Shown piece after piece: positions 11,399 through 22,149 of a stretch of DNA of 53,307 nt. The notes beneath the pieces were generated by a model. That model did not search any database. It was not told where the DNA came from and saw only the letters and a list, made by a program, of their open reading frames with translations. This DNA is from Welwitschia mirabilis (taxonomy: Eukaryota), in contig JBOZIK010000001.1 of the NCBI GenBank assembly GCA_051453625.1, forward strand, positions 35,593,013-35,646,319, read 5' to 3'. The stretch's first letter is position 1. The number at the start of each line of letters is the position of its first letter. Made by a program: the position numbers and the translations under genes.

Positions 11399-13012
11399 TG
11401 TTAAAAATAAAAGAGCCAAAACTAAATAGGAAAAGGATTCATGTAAAGGGAGTCATATGAAGGAAATCCCAGGAAGGCAATCCTATAAAGAGAGTCTAAT
11501 TTTATTTGATGTAACTAAAGAGTCTTTTATAGGCATACAAAGGAAATAATAGTTTTTCTTCTTTTTGTAACTGACCCACTAACTCCACTAACTTAATAAC
11601 TATTTCCCTTATTTTNNNNNNNNNNNNNNNNNNNNNNNNNNNNNNNNNNNNNNNNNNNNNNNNNNNNNNNNNNNNNNNNNNNNNNNNNNNNNNNNNNNNN
11701 NNNNNNNNNNNNNNNTGACCCACTAACGCCACTCACTTAATAACTATTTCCCTTATTTTTAGTAACTGATCCACTAACTTATAACTATTTTATTTCTTTT
11801 CTATAACTGACCTACTAACTAGTTTCTATTTTCATACCAACATTAAATTTTTGGCATTATTCAAAGAAAATTCCAATAATCACCCCCTCAATGACACCCC
11901 CTTGATGTGTGTACTATTTAATTTCATGTCATACATCATTTATGAATCACATATTTTGGGAGGCCAATTATGTTCTCCTTCCAATTCTTAAAGGAATTTT
12001 CCAAACATGGTTTTAAGGACTCTTCCTTTAGTCCTTATTCTCTCCACCACTTCCTCTTGTAAAGTGGAATACAAACCATGTAATATGAGTGTGCCCTTTC
12101 CTTGCTTTAGGCTACACATTAAACTGGCTTCTTTGCCTTAAAGCTATATTTATGCCTCTCACATAAGAATCTTAGAACATATAAGTGTACCCTTTCCTTA
12201 CTTTGGGCTACCCATTAAACTGGCTTCTTTGCCTTGAAGCTACATTCATGCCTCTCACATGGGCATCTTAAAATCCCTTTTCAAATCTTGTAGCTATGCT
12301 TACTTGACTCTGGTAAAATCTTGATATTTTTTCTTCATATAATTCCAAATATATTTGAATGTTTCTTTTTAAAGAATTGTCTCCAAGATTGGGTGATTAA
12401 TGACCTGAAATAAGTAATTTTTAGCCTTCAGAACCTTTAGCCTTCTAGCTTCAAGGGCTATTTTCTAGGTATTAGATATGACCGAGCCATCTTATAGTTC
12501 TCCAATTCCATTTTTAACAATGAAGCAATATTCCTTCGATCATAGGAAATTCTCCATCAGCTTGCATAAAAGATCCCTCTAAAGCCATTTGCTACTACAA
12601 ATATTAGTTTTTATTTGCTACTATAAATAAATATTACTAATGAAGAGAATTGTGGCTCAAATACCTAATGTTAAAAATAAAAGAGCCAAAACTAAATAGA
12701 AAGGGAGTTATGCAAAGGGAGTCATATAAAGGAAATCTAGAGAAGAGAGTCTTGTAAAGGAAGTCTAATTTTATTTGATGTAACTAGAGAGACTTTTATA
12801 GGTATATAAAGGAAATAATAGTTTTTCTTGTTTTTGTAATAGATCCACTAACTTCACTAACTTAATAACCATTTCCCTTCATTTTAGTAATTGATCCACT
12901 AATTCTATTAACTCAATAATTGTTTTCTTTCTTTCTGTAACTAACCTACTAACTCTTTTCTATTTTCATACCAACATTAAATTGTTGGTATTACCTAAAG
13001 AAAATTCCAATA
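11399..13012 (-). mobile_element. Small internally deleted Ty1/copia LTR element (TRIM-like size)
   Basis: LTRs 11399-11878 (contains a gap) and 12669-13012, perfect TSD CTATG, PPT TGAGGGGGTGAT at 11879-11890 (minus), degenerate iMet PBS near 12655-12666, gag remnant MENFL*SKEY...LKAKNYLFQVI..ILETIL*KETFKYIWNYMKKKYQ. Confidence 0.9.
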
Positions 13013-13017
13013 CTATG

Positions 13018-13190
13018 ATCATTTTGAAATCTATTAATTTGCTTCTATCTGCAGTTGGTATAGCTCTAAAGGAAACAACACACATAATGCATTCATCTAT
13101 TAATAATTCTGTTTAAAATTGTATGACAGTTTCTTGATGTTTGTTAACATGCTCCATTTCAATTTAGTGGGAATTAATAACCTAATGGGT
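13018..13190 (+). pseudogene. ACC1: Acetyl-CoA carboxylase fragment, part 3
   Basis: IILKSINLLLSAVGIALKETTH, then after a frameshift VNMLHFNLVGINNLM, matching ACC1 VIIKSLQFLPSIISAALRETKH...GNMMHIAIVGINNQM; in frame with part 2 across the CTATG TSD. Confidence 0.85.
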
Positions 13191-13212
13191 AGGCAATAAA
13201 TCAACTACTGAC

Positions 13213-14158
13213 ATGAATAGGAAGAGGCTCAAGTATAGACAGTGTAGAAATGAGACATGGATTTTTCTCATTTTGCTTACTCTTTAGTTTGACACTCAAC
13301 CCTTGCTTTCTAAATTCTTTACTAGAAAAAAAAGTTATTATAACATATTTTGTACTTACCTGGGAATGTACAAATGTTTTGTGTGCTTTAATATTAATGT
13401 TATAAGATGGAAGCTTAGCACAACTAAGAAAAGAATGGATTCTTTTGGGTTTGTTAATGATCTCAAGACTTGCAACTACTATTTATGCTCTGTAGAATAG
13501 TAGGTTATAGCTTTCTTATTGAAATATTTACTCTCTTACCTTCATAATGCTTAACCAAACAAAGTTACTTTTCACTGTTATTTTCATGCAATTCATTTTA
13601 TGGTAGAAGTAGTCACCACAACAAATTAGGAATCTGTTTCTATTAATTAAAGCCACTTTGCTTATCAGTATAGGAGAGGGAACTGGTCATGGTTTTAAAG
13701 AGGTTAATCATGAGAAAGCATTTGTTTTTGATGTTATACCTATGATTATTGCTTTTATCTTGTCTATACTTACATCCTTACTTTTTTAGTGGGCATCGTG
13801 GGTCAAGAAAAGAAGCTCATACTTTCTATAGTTGGATGCTTGTGTATGTTGGAAAGCATACTTAAATCATCTAATGGTAAATCTATAGAAGAGGCTAGGT
13901 TGGTTGGACACTCACAACTCTTATTCCTATTTTACAAATGCAATTAGATGGATTTTAGTTGGAGTTGTTACTACTTAGTCTAGTGGTATATAAAAGGGAT
14001 TTGTTATTAAATCTACTCAGATTGTGATATCCTTCTTACAATTTATATTTAATGGTATACCTCCTTTTGTGTACATACTGATGGCTTTACCTCTCATGGT
14101 TACCAGTATCATTATTTACCAAAAGTACCCTTAAAAAAAAAAATAAAAGAAATTATAA
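13213..14158 (+). pseudogene. ROCK1: Full-length processed pseudogene of ROCK1-type ER nucleotide-sugar transporter (UDP-GlcNAc/GalNAc; CMP-sialic acid transporter 5-like)
   Basis: Translation: ILLTL*FDTQPLLSK...VLTWECTNVLCALILM...KEWILLG...TTIYAL*NSRL*LSY*NIYSLTFIMLNQTKLLFT...ISIGEG...F*WASWVKKRSSY...SIVGCLCML...GWTLTTLIP...ILVGVVTT*SSGI*KGFVI...LQFIFNGIPP...ALPLMVTSIIIYQKYP plus a Lys-rich tail. Collinear with Arabidopsis ROCK1 (LLTLQYGAQPLISK; IYALQNSLLQISY; QWASQVKKHSSY; GGVRKGFVIVS; SMYQKYP). No introns over about 950 bp; many stops. Confidence 0.92.
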
Positions 14159-17100
14159 GAGATAACACTGTACTAGCTTACTACATTATAATGTGTTGTT
14201 CTTCTTTTTCCTTTACTTTCTAATGTATTATAAAATTTCATTTGATATCCTAGTTTTCTTTTTTTTAAAAAAAGAAATTTAAATAAGAGGATAAATAAAA
14301 GGAAGATATGCTAATTAAATGGAAGCATGATTAATAAAAATTAGAAATGTAGAATTTCTATATTATAGATATCACAAGTGGATGACCTCCCTCAAAACAT
14401 AAAATCTCATTTGTTTGTAATAATTGGACTTATTTATAGCTAAAAGTTTCTGTTTCTTTATCTTTCTAAAATAAAAGATCATTTTCTAAATGCTCAAAGT
14501 TGAATTTATCAAAATCTTTTAGGTTTTCTATCTTAAGTGGATTATCATATAGTGTAGGTTCATGTAACATTAGCCATCTTTCTTCAAGGGGATAATGTTG
14601 CAGAAATAAAATTGGCTTAATTTCATCATCTACATTCCATTCATCACCTAGGTCTTTCTTAGATATATCAAAAAAATCTAATTGTAAACTTTTTATTTCC
14701 TAAGTGACACTCCATCATCCCAGTTTTTATATCGATAATGTAATGGGCTATTTCACATAATGATCTATCTAGAAGTAATGGATAACTTTTGTTATGTTTG
14801 ACCTCTATTACAACCATATCTATTGGCTAGAATTCCTCTTTAATTTGAATCACTAAATATTTTATGATTCCTAAGGATGTATTAACTAATGTGTTTGTTA
14901 ATTTCAAGATAATTCAAGTAGTCTCTATTTTACCCTCTAAACTGAGTCTCTTACAAATATGTAATGGCATAATGTTAACATTTATTCCAATGTTAATTAA
15001 AGCCTTTTTTATTCTTTTGTTTTCCTCTATTGTGATACTAATGGTTGTTGCCCCTGGATTCTTAAACTTTGGAGATTTTTGTAAGACTAATTTGATTAGG
15101 AATTGAGCTAAAAATACTTTCCTAGATATAGTTTTTTTTCCCTTCTTATTAAGTCTTTTCATAACTTAAAATGTTTTGGGTTTTCTTGCAAAAGTTTATG
15201 AAATGATAAGTTCATGCTTACATTTTACATAAAGGCTTTAAGATGATCATTAAAGGTTGGATTAGTGTCTCATCTAATAAGCCAAAGGATAGTAGGTTTC
15301 TTTTCTTTTTCTTATGAATAATTTTTATTATACTTTTATATTTAAAAAATAAAGGAAGTTCTAATTTTTTAATATTTTGATGTCCTCTTCTTCTCATCAT
15401 TTCTTATGTTGTTTTGAAAGGTTAAGGCTTCATAAGGAGAAGGGTTTATTTCATTTCCACTTCCTATCACAACTTTACAATCTTTTCTTACTTTGTTAGG
15501 ATTCAATAGAATTTGTGTTACTAATGATCCTTGTGGTCTTTAGTTTGCTAACATAGTTTGTTGAAGGAAATTTACTAAATTCTCAACATTAGAATTTATA
15601 TTTTCTTTAGATTCTCTAAGTTCATCAATTTCTCAGTGAATCGTTTTGATATTTAAAGTTTGATGAACTTGGTTGAAAGTTTGAATTTTTAAATCTACTT
15701 GTTAAAGGTTGAGGATTGGTTTGAAAATTTTTGAATTTATTATCAAAGTTTTCAAAATTAGATTATGCATGCATCCTAAATTGGAATTGGTTTTTCTTTT
15801 TGAAGTTTGAAGATTTTTTATTAAAAGCATAAAATTCTTCATAAATTCTTTTTTTATAGGTTGCTAATAAGGGACAATTCTTAGTTATAGGATAATTGGC
15901 TTCGCATAAGTCACAAGTTTGAACAACACTCTTTTTAGTTTCTAGTTTCGCATCTATATTTATCTTAGTATATTTTTTTCAAGGTTTCCATGAAATCTCT
16001 AATTAAATTTGTTGGTTTAGTTTTTATTCTTTCTACCTTATTTTCTTGTTTTACATCTTTTAAATATTTAATAAGTTGGTCTATAGTGTAGTTATCTCTA
16101 GATATTGATTTTGATCATGTTTGACTCACTTCAACAACTTCTTCTAATGTTTTCAAAGCATTTTTTAATGTGAGATTCATTAGGTTTCCATCACAAGAAA
16201 ACTTCATGAGTTATTTTATTGAGCAATTCAATCCACTATAAAAGTAATCTATTATTCTTCTCATGTGAATGCATCTATTGGATTAGAATGAAGTGTGATA
16301 AAGAATTGTTCATAGGTGAAAATCTTTATTTGGTTGTTGGTAAAAGTAAGTGACTTCTTTCTTTCTCTTCCTAATGGCTACTTCACTTACAAATCTCTTA
16401 ATAAAAGCTTTCTAGACTTGATTCCATATTTTTAAATTCTGGTAAAATATAATTATTAACCAAAGTTTTGCCTTTTCTTTCANNNNNNNNNNNNNNNNNN
16501 NNNNNNNNNNNNNNNNNNNNNNNNNNNNNNNNNNNNNNNNNNNNNNNNNNNNNNNNNNNNNNNNNNNNNNNNNNNNNNNNNNNNNNNNNNNNNNNNNNNN
16601 NNNNNNNNNNNNNNNNNNNNNNNNNNNNNNNNNNNNNNNNNNNNNNNNNNNNNNNNNNNNNNNNNNNNNNNNNNNNNNNNNNNNNNNNNNNNNNNNNNNN
16701 NNNNNNNNNNNNNNNNNNNNNNNNNNNNNNNNNNNNNNNNNNNNNNNNNNNNNNNNNNNNNNNNNNNNNNNNNNNNNNNNNNNNNNNNNNNNNNNNNNNN
16801 NNNNNNNNNNNNNNNNNNNNNNNNNNNNNNNNNNNNNNNNNNNNNNNNNNNNNNNNNNNNNNNNNNNNNNNNNNNNNNNNNNNNNNNNNNNNNNNNNNNN
16901 NNNNNNNNNNNNNNNNNNNNNNNNNNNNNNNNNNNNNNNNNNNNNNNNNNNNNNNNNNNNNNNNNNNNNNNNNNNNNNNNNNNNNNNNNNNNNNNNNNNN
17001 NNNNNNNNNNNNNNNNNNNNNNNNNNNNNNNNNNNNNNNNNNNNNNNNNNNNNNNNNNNNNNNNNNNNNNNNNNNNNNNNNNNNNNNNNNNNNNNNNNTG

Positions 17101-17339
17101 TAATTGGAAAAATAACCATATAAGTATGATCACTAATTCTTTTCTTTCCATTTCTAGAGGTAAGAACTAACTATTTAGTATTAGCAATGTGTTGGAGGGG
17201 ATCCTTATCATTTTTAGCACTAAATATGGGATAAGAATTTAAGTTTTTTAATTCAATGTCATCATTTGAAGTAAATTAAAAGAGGTTTGTATTTCACATT
17301 TTCTATTTGCTATCTGTTTTTTAAGAGTAAGATTTGCAT

Positions 17340-17477
17340 TAGGATGAGTGTTTAAAGATCCTATGACTTATCTTTATTTTTGCATAGTGTTTAACATTTT
17401 AAAACTATTAGGATGAGTGTTTGAAGATCCTATGACTTATCTTTATTTTCGCATAGTATTTAATATTCTAAAAATAT
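17340..17477. repeat. 69-bp tandem duplication
   Basis: TAGGATGAGTGTTTAAAGATCCTATGACTTATCTTTATTTT... occurs twice in tandem within the Athila gag leader/N-terminal region. Confidence 0.85.
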
Positions 17478-18104
17478 CTTTTTCTAGTTTATCTTCTAAA
17501 AAATTTTCATTCACTCAATTAGATTATGAAAAGATGCATTTAGAAGGTAGGTTATACATACCTAGGGATTACATACCTAATTTTGATTCGAAGTTGACTA
17601 ATCCTTCTTTGATATTTTCTTTTATTAATAGCCACTTTCTTTGATATTTCTTCCCCAAATTAACCATATCACAGCATGCTTAGTTCTTTTTATTTCCTTG
17701 AGTGTCATCTCCTTTAATGTTAAGACAATATCCTAGATGATAGGAAAACGAAAAATAAAAATAAAAATTAAAAAACAAAGAAAATAAAAGTTGTCAAATA
17801 ACAGAGAAATAAAAACTGACAGTCATTTTCCTCATCATCTAAATGATAGAGGGGATAATATGAAAATCTTTATTTTTATGACTATAACAATCATAAATTT
17901 TTTTAATTAAACTGTTATCTTCCAAATCATCAGGATGACAGTGAGGGTAACAAAGCATTATTACAGAATGAAAAACCAAAAAATGTGAAATAAAAACCTA
18001 TGATTCTAATTAGGAATATAATGTGACTATAAATAAACATTTAAACTAAAATCTAGTCTACTCATCTAAGTAATGATAATCATCAAACTCCTCAGCAGCA
18101 TTTT

Positions 18105-18119
18105 CTAGCAATGACCCCA
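18105..18119 (-). other. Athila-type primer binding site (degenerate)
   Basis: Minus-strand TGGGGTCATTGCTAG, 3 nt inside the LTR end; differs from TGGCGCCGTTGCCGG mainly at CpG/CHG positions. Confidence 0.65.
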
Positions 18120-21100
18120 AGATGTTGCAGTGGATAATTTACAATCCTTTACATCTTACTAAATTCTATTAATTACAAATAGATATATTACAAATACCAC
18201 ACACTAGTATAGATGGAAGTAACCAAAATGTGATAAACTCATTGAAGGCACATGAAAGAAGAAGAAGAATTGATTTCCAAAGGAATATTATATTATTTTA
18301 GAATCTAAGTAACAATGAAAAAATAATGCAATGAAACACACTTATGTAAATGCAAATATAATCAACTCTAGATGTATACCTATCTAATTACTAAATTAAC
18401 TTATTAGGGATATTGACCTTATATAACTTGAGTAAGTTATAGAAACTATTATTAGCCAATACTAACTTAAGCTATCAAGTAAGTCAAATAGAATGTAATG
18501 CAAGTTAATCTAAAAATGCACCTAAAATAATATCATCAACCTTAGCAAAGGTTATCCTTAAGNNNNNNNNNNNNNNNNNNNNNNNNNNNNNNNNNNNNNN
18601 NNNNNNNNNNNNNNNNNNNNNNNNNNNNNNNNNNNNNNNNNNNNNNNNNNNNNNNNNNNNNNNNNNNNNNNNNNNNNNNNNNNNNNNNNNNNNNNNNNNN
18701 NNNNNNNNNNNNNNNNNNNNNNNNNNNNNNNNNNNNNNNNNNNNNNNNNNNNNNNNNNNNNNNNNNNNNNNNNNNNNNNNNNNNNNNNNNNNNNNNNNNN
18801 NNNNNNNNNNNNNNNNNNNNNNNNNNNNNNNNNNNNNNNNNNNNNNNNNNNNNNNNNNNNNNNNNNNNNNNNNNNNNNNNNNNNNNNNNNNNNNNNNNNN
18901 NNNNNNNNNNNNNNNNNNNNNNNNNNNNNNNNNNNNNNNNNNNNNNNNNNNNNNNNNNNNNNNNNNNNNNNNNNNNNNNNNNNNNNNNNNNNNNNNNNNN
19001 NNNNNNNNNNNNNNNNNNNNNNNNNNNNNNNNNNNNNNNNNNNNNNNNNNNNNNNNNNNNNNNNNNNNNNNNNNNNNNNNNNNNNNNNNNNNNNNNNNNN
19101 NNNNNNNNNNNNNNNNNNNNNNNNNNNNNNNNNNNNNNNNNNNNNNNNNNNNNNNNNNNNNNNNNNNNNNNNNNNNNNNNNNNNNNNNNNNNNNNNNNNN
19201 NNNNNNNNNNNNNNNNNNNNNNNNNNNNNNNNNNNNNNNNNNNNNNNNNNNNNNNNNNNNNNNNNNNNNNNNNNNNNNNNNNNNNNNNNNNNNNNNNNNN
19301 NNNNNNNNNNNNNNNNNNNNNNNNNNNNNNNNNNNNNNNNNNNNNNNATAACCTAAGTAAGTCATGGAAATTGTTATTAGCCGAGACTCACTTAAGCTAT
19401 CAAGTAAGTCAAATAGAATGTAATGCAAGTTAATCTAAAAATGCATCTAAACTAATATCATCAACCTTAGCAAAGGTTATCCTTAAGACTTATATCTTAA
19501 GTGAACTATCATCATATTAACAATATCATAAACTATAAGGGACATGTAAAGAATTAAAAAAAATGAAAGAGAAATAGAGTTAATATCAAGTGAACCAGCA
19601 TCTAGGTTACAAAGTAGCTACATCTCAATGGAGAATGCATAGCCCAACAACAAGGAAAATGTTTCTGTACAATGATAAAGGATGAATCTCCCACCCTTAG
19701 ATCTCCTATAATGAGAATTTCAGGTGTATTAAAGATATATAGGAGGATTGAGGGAGAGGTTTATCTATACTAAAGGAAAACCTAACCAACGCTCAAGGTG
19801 CAACAGATACACTGGAAATGCACTCAATCATTAGAAATAAATAGATGAATTTTGGTAAGCCATTTCACTTCAGTATCATCTTGACTATCATCTAGATGAT
19901 AAAGGGGATGATGCCAACTATAAAGGCTTCACATTAGTTACTTGATTTATCCAGTGATCATCCATATCAATAATTATACATTTGTCATCTTAACTATTAT
20001 TTGGAGAATGGAGTGAATAATATGATTTTACAAATGTTTTTTTGAATTTTATCAGCTTCTTTATTTACAACATCTTTGCTTCAAACATGAAGTATTGTGA
20101 ATTGCTTCAAATGTTATAATATGTAATGGAGTTTAAATGATTTCATGAATTTTTCTTTAGCTCTTTATAATCATAGAAACTCAACATAAACTTGTATAAT
20201 GTCTTGCAAAATAACTCATAGTACCCCATAAAATATATACAATTTGGTAGTGCATCAATCATCAACCTTACATATAATATAAGATGCTCCTCTCAAGATA
20301 GCACTTTATTCCCCTTAGGGATATTCAGTAACATAATAATAGAAATGTGCTCTCAAGAACTTACAAAGGTGCACCTATATAAGGGCTTTTTTACAATATG
20401 CAAACCCTAGTAAGGAATCCTATTATAGAGAATAAGAGATGGACTATGATGAAAGCATTTCAAAATATGAGAGTTCTACAATTTAAGTTGTAACAAACAA
20501 TTATAACAAATGAGATAACAAGCCTCAAAATACATCTCTTTACTAAAGTGCTTAAGTTCTTCCTTGTTGTTATCATCTGTAAGTGCCAAAGATCAGGGTG
20601 ATGTAGCATTATAGGATCTAATGATTGAATGATGTATTAACTAGTTAGTTCCTTGTAAAAAATAGCTAAAAGCTTTGTTTGTAGTCATAATCACTTGTGT
20701 GTTCATGTGTATATAAGATATATTACTTTATTCTCTCTTTTTGATGTTTTTGATGTTCTTTTAGCTATTGACTAAGAGAAAGAAAGTAATTTGAAACATG
20801 TGAATATCATACAATGAATTGAAATAACTCAGCACTGGGTACATAGTAGTTATTTTATTTTCATAGAATTTTGGAATAGATGTCTTTAAGATGATATAAA
20901 TCTCTTATTAGGTAGATGTATTTAATGTGGGAGATGTTTTTTATCAAACTACCTAGATTTTGAAGAAACATAAACTACAATTCCCATGACTCTTAGTGAT
21001 CATAAATCTAAGATGTAAACCTGATTATTTCCTTGAGATGTAGATAATTTATCAAAATGTAATTTATATTTATTACCTCTTCTAGTTTAGTATAGATGTC

Positions 21101-22149
21101 TTAAACTATGTAGACATCTTCTAATAGTTAAAGAAGCATAGATGTATTTGATAGGGTAAATTCTTTCATCTATTTTAGGACCTTAATTTAGTATAATCAT
21201 TGTTGCGACACCAACTTAAGTGTATTTGATAGGGTATTTTGAGTTGTTTTGCAAATAAACTAACAGATAAATGCNNNNNNNNNNNNNNNNNNNNNNNNNN
21301 NNNNNNNNNNNNNNNNNNNNNNNNNNNNNNNNNNNNNNNNNNNNNNNNNNNNNNNNNNNNNNNNNNNNNNNNNNCTTAATTTAGTATAATCATCTTGTTT
21401 AAGATAGACATCTTTCTCTACATTTAAAATATGGTTCAGCATAGACATCTTTGCCATAGACATTTTTAAATGTGTAAAGGTCTTTATCATAAACATCTTT
21501 AATTTTGTAGATGTCTTTAGTTAGTTGTAATTTGGCATTTATGAATTCTGAGTTGAACTATCTATGTACTATGAAATTTTGGGTTTGATTTGAATTGATA
21601 ATTTTCACAATTTGGTGTTCTCTAATTTAACCTATCTACATACTACACATAATATATTTGATAAGTGGAATCATTAAAACTAGATTTTTGCCAACAATTT
21701 TCCCCTTTTTGATGTTATTAAAAACTTGATAAATCTCATTAGTGTAATCATATTATGTCAACTAAATTGAGATAGTTTAGTCCAAGAGAACACATACATG
21801 AGACATAATCTAAATTTTAACAATTTTAAAAATATTAATTAACCATACATAGAAACATGTAGAATAGTAGAAAGGAAAAATCACATAAGCATTAATTAAT
21901 TGTAACTAAGAAAAATAATAACAATTAATAACTAATTATGTAATATGTACTAATAACAATAAAAGTGATGATGGATAGAACATGTAATGTGCTAACAAAT
22001 AGTAAAAATAATAATAGTGTATTAAAAATAGTAAAATTAATAATAAATAATATTAAAACATAACATGTATATTAACAATTATAATGTAATCATTAATATA
22101 GGGAGTCTAATCCATTTATTTCAAGATCATATCCTCTAGGCTTATACAA

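Larger units (their letters stand above)
14300..20264 (-). mobile_element. Athila-like Ty3/gypsy element (5' LTR, PBS, gag, protease; no RT or 3' LTR visible)
   Basis: LTR about 18123-20264 (minus strand begins TGATGATTGATGCAC), PBS TGGGGTCATTGCTAG (degenerate TGGCGCCGTTGCCGG), gag KEKAKLWL...IWNQV*KAFIKRF near 16400, protease IKKALINIGINVNIMPLHICKRL near 14950-15010. The left boundary is approximate. Confidence 0.8.

Noticed and set aside
13775-13790. TTTTTTAG before the ROCK1 WASW segment as an intron acceptor
   Set aside because: The upstream sequence is in-frame coding homology; the TAG is a mutated Gln codon.
14132-14143. A-run as the retrocopy poly(A) tail
   Set aside because: It falls within the Lys-rich C-terminal codons of ROCK1, before the stop.
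16412-19428. Long ORFs of 211-307 aa in the track
   Set aside because: Artefacts of translating through N gaps.
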